A stretch of 64,000 nucleotides of DNA, from the NCBI RefSeq assembly GCF_036321535.1, contig NC_087438.1:1676001-1740000 (forward strand), given 5' to 3'. Below are positions 62,284-64,000 of the stretch, one piece after another. Every line of letters starts with the position of its first letter. Within the stretch, counting starts at the first letter, position 1. The notes below the pieces were generated by a model that ran no database searches, had not been told where the DNA came from, and was given only the letters and a program-made list of their open reading frames with translations. Origin of the DNA: Camelus dromedarius. Lineage: Eukaryota. A program made the position numbers and the translations under genes.

Positions 62284-62532
62284 CATGTAGGACGGGAAAC
62301 CGGCGGCGGCGGCGGCGGCGTCGGCCGAGTACTGCAGCGGGCTGCCGAAGCCGGTGGCCGCCTGCGCGGTGAAGGCCGCGGAGCCCGGGTAAGGGCTGAA
62401 CGCCGAGCCCGACGCCGAGCGCGCCAACTCCTCGCTGCGCGGCGCCGCCAGTGCCGACGCGCCGTACGCCGGGCACGAGTAGAGCGCCAGCGAGCCGGGC
62501 GCCTGGTACAGGTAGCCCTGCGGGTAGGACAT
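62284..62532 (-). CDS. IRX2: IRX2 coding exon 1 (249 nt, [10 protein letters not shown]...[12 protein letters not shown])
   Basis: ATG at 62532-62530 in CCCATCATGT context; the [11 protein letters not shown]-terminus is typical of IRX2/IRX5; phase-0 donor ATG|GTAATC with GT at 62283-62282. Confidence 0.96.
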
Positions 62533-62702
62533 GATGGGCGCGGGGCGCGCGGCCCGCGTCACGCCGAGCAGCGGGCAGGGCGCGCGGCGCCCTCCATCCA
62601 CGCCCGGCCGGGCGCGGCGCGGCGGCGGGCGCGGGGACGGCGGGCCGAGGCTGGCCGGCCCGCGCACTAGCCCGGGCGGCCCGCGGGCCGGGGAAGCGGC
62701 GG

Positions 62703-62732
62703 GGCGGCGGCGGCGGCGGCGGCGGCGACGGC
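62703..62732. repeat. (GGC)8-GAC-GGC repeat, read as (GCC)n in the IRX2 5' UTR
   Basis: Read directly from the sequence. Confidence 0.95.
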
Positions 62733-63249
62733 GCGGAGCCGGTGGGCGCAGCCGCGCGCCAGGCCGGCGGTCGGGGTTTGGGGGAGTCTGGAGTCGGGAG
62801 TGAGGAGTTGAGGAAGGAGCGCTCGAGTTTCCGAGGGACATTGGAACGCGGAGCTGTCCGTCACTCGCTCATCTGCATATTCGGGCGCCCGCCCCCTCCC
62901 CTGCTCCGTCCGCTCCGCCCGCTCCGCCCGCTCCAGCCGCCAGGCCGCGGCCGGGGGAGGGGCGGGGACCGAAGGGGAGGGGAGGGGAACGCGGAGGAGC
63001 GGGAGGCGGGAGGGAAGGAGGGAGGAGGAGGAGGAGGGAGGGACGCGCAGGCTTTTGTGGCGCAGTCGCCTCTCGCGCAGCCCCAGCCCGCGGCCCGCGG
63101 CCCCGCGGCCCCGCGGCCAGGCGGAGCCGAACAGTGCGTCCCCCTCCCACTCACACGGACTCCCATCACCCGCCCCCGCTCCCCCACCTTCCGCAGCCAG
63201 CCCCCCAGCCCGCGGCGCGCTGGCCGCCCTCCACTGCCCCGCCCCCAGC

Positions 63250-64000
63250 TCGGCCCGCAAGGACTAGGCAGAGGCTGCCCACTTCCACTTGGGGGACGAA
63301 AGGCCCGTACCCCTCTCTACACCGCGAAGAGGCCGGTCCAGGTGACTGCACCCCGGACGCTAGCGTCCGGGCCGGGAGCCACGGGTGATGGAGGCGGGAG
63401 TGTGGCACCCGAAGCCCAGGTCCTCCGTGGGGTGGCGTGCGCGGCTCTCACTTCCACCTTCCTGGGTCCACCCTGCCTGCCACACGGTGCGCGGCTCCTC
63501 GCGTGGCCTCGCGTCTGGTCGCCTGCCCCGCGCCGCTCATCGTGTCCTCGCGGGACCTGGATCTGGGGCGCTTTCGTTGCAAACTACCAGGAGGGCCCTG
63601 AGGTGAGCTTTCTGCCCCGAAGTCCTGAGTGGAAACCCAGTCCCTGGGTGTTAGGACTTTCCGCTCTAGGAAGTGTTTTTGCAACACGCCTCCAGCGCTT
63701 TACCCGGGAAGAAGCCGCCCCGCAAAGGGTTTTGTTTTATTTTGTTTTAATAAGTTGACTCCTCTTTCGGATTTGTGTTATAAAACACTCGGGGGATGAT
63801 TGTCACTGGACAGACCGCCTCTGGCACGACGTGAAGCCTTGCTGTCACTTGCGAAGGGATGAAAAAGCGACGGGCTGGTGGCACGGGAGGCGCAGTCAGC
63901 AGCACAGGTAGCTCAGGTAACGTGCGACTCCGGAGGTGCCCCAGGGGCCCACCGGCGAGACCTTAGCGATGGGCCCTGAGACCCAGTCCCTAGAAAACAC
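63250..64000 (+). ncRNA. Possible start of a divergent transcript, positionally equivalent to human IRX2-DT/C5orf38
   Basis: Inferred from synteny: human IRX2 shares a bidirectional promoter with a head-to-head transcript. Plus-strand donor-like motifs GAG|GTGAGC (GT 63603) and CAG|GTAACG (GT 63917). No direct evidence of transcription. Confidence 0.3.

Larger units (their letters stand above)
59300..63720. promoter_or_regulatory. Large CpG island over the IRX2 body, 5' UTR and promoter
   Basis: Very high GC and CpG density; GC-box-like G runs at ~62950-63040; CCAAT on minus at 62844-62840; octamer-like ATCTGCAT at 62871-62878. Confidence 0.9.

Noticed and set aside
58616..62532. Assignment as IRX5 or another paralogue
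   Set aside because: The C-terminus YEPKKDASEGCTMVGGGVQPYL and the four-coding-exon structure fit IRX2.
62849..62870. REST/NRSE site in the IRX2 promoter
   Set aside because: Only the right half (CGGACAGCTCC on minus) is present; the TCAGCACC half is missing.
62742..63758. The 338-aa plus-strand ORF as a C5orf38-like protein
   Set aside because: GTG start inside the IRX2 5' UTR, low-complexity CpG-island translation, and no similarity I can recognise.

Overview
This is mammalian, most likely camelid, genomic DNA: three short tRNA-derived SINEs resemble the camelid Vic-1 family. The only protein-coding gene I can support is the Iroquois homeobox gene IRX2 on the minus strand. It has 4 coding exons (62532-62284, 60916-60511, 60183-59470, 58668-58616), giving 1422 nt and 473 aa, with a TALE homeodomain, an acidic tract and an IRO box. 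The gene lies in a large CpG island that is probably a bidirectional promoter. The ~57 kb downstream is GC-rich gene desert containing old LTR (MER21, MLT1), L1, L2 and MER53 relics, orphan CpG islands, simple repeats and AT-rich homeodomain-site-dense blocks that look like developmental enhancers. Nearly all other ORFs in the track are artefacts of high GC content. I found no convincing novel biological system. The best leads are: a stop-free in-frame IRX2 intron 2, an in-frame upstream ATG running through a (GCC)8 repeat, a 3'-UTR intron placed to escape NMD, Pumilio elements overlapping poly(A) signals, and a SINE-L1 composite insertion. Repeat family names are from recalled consensus sequences, not a database search.
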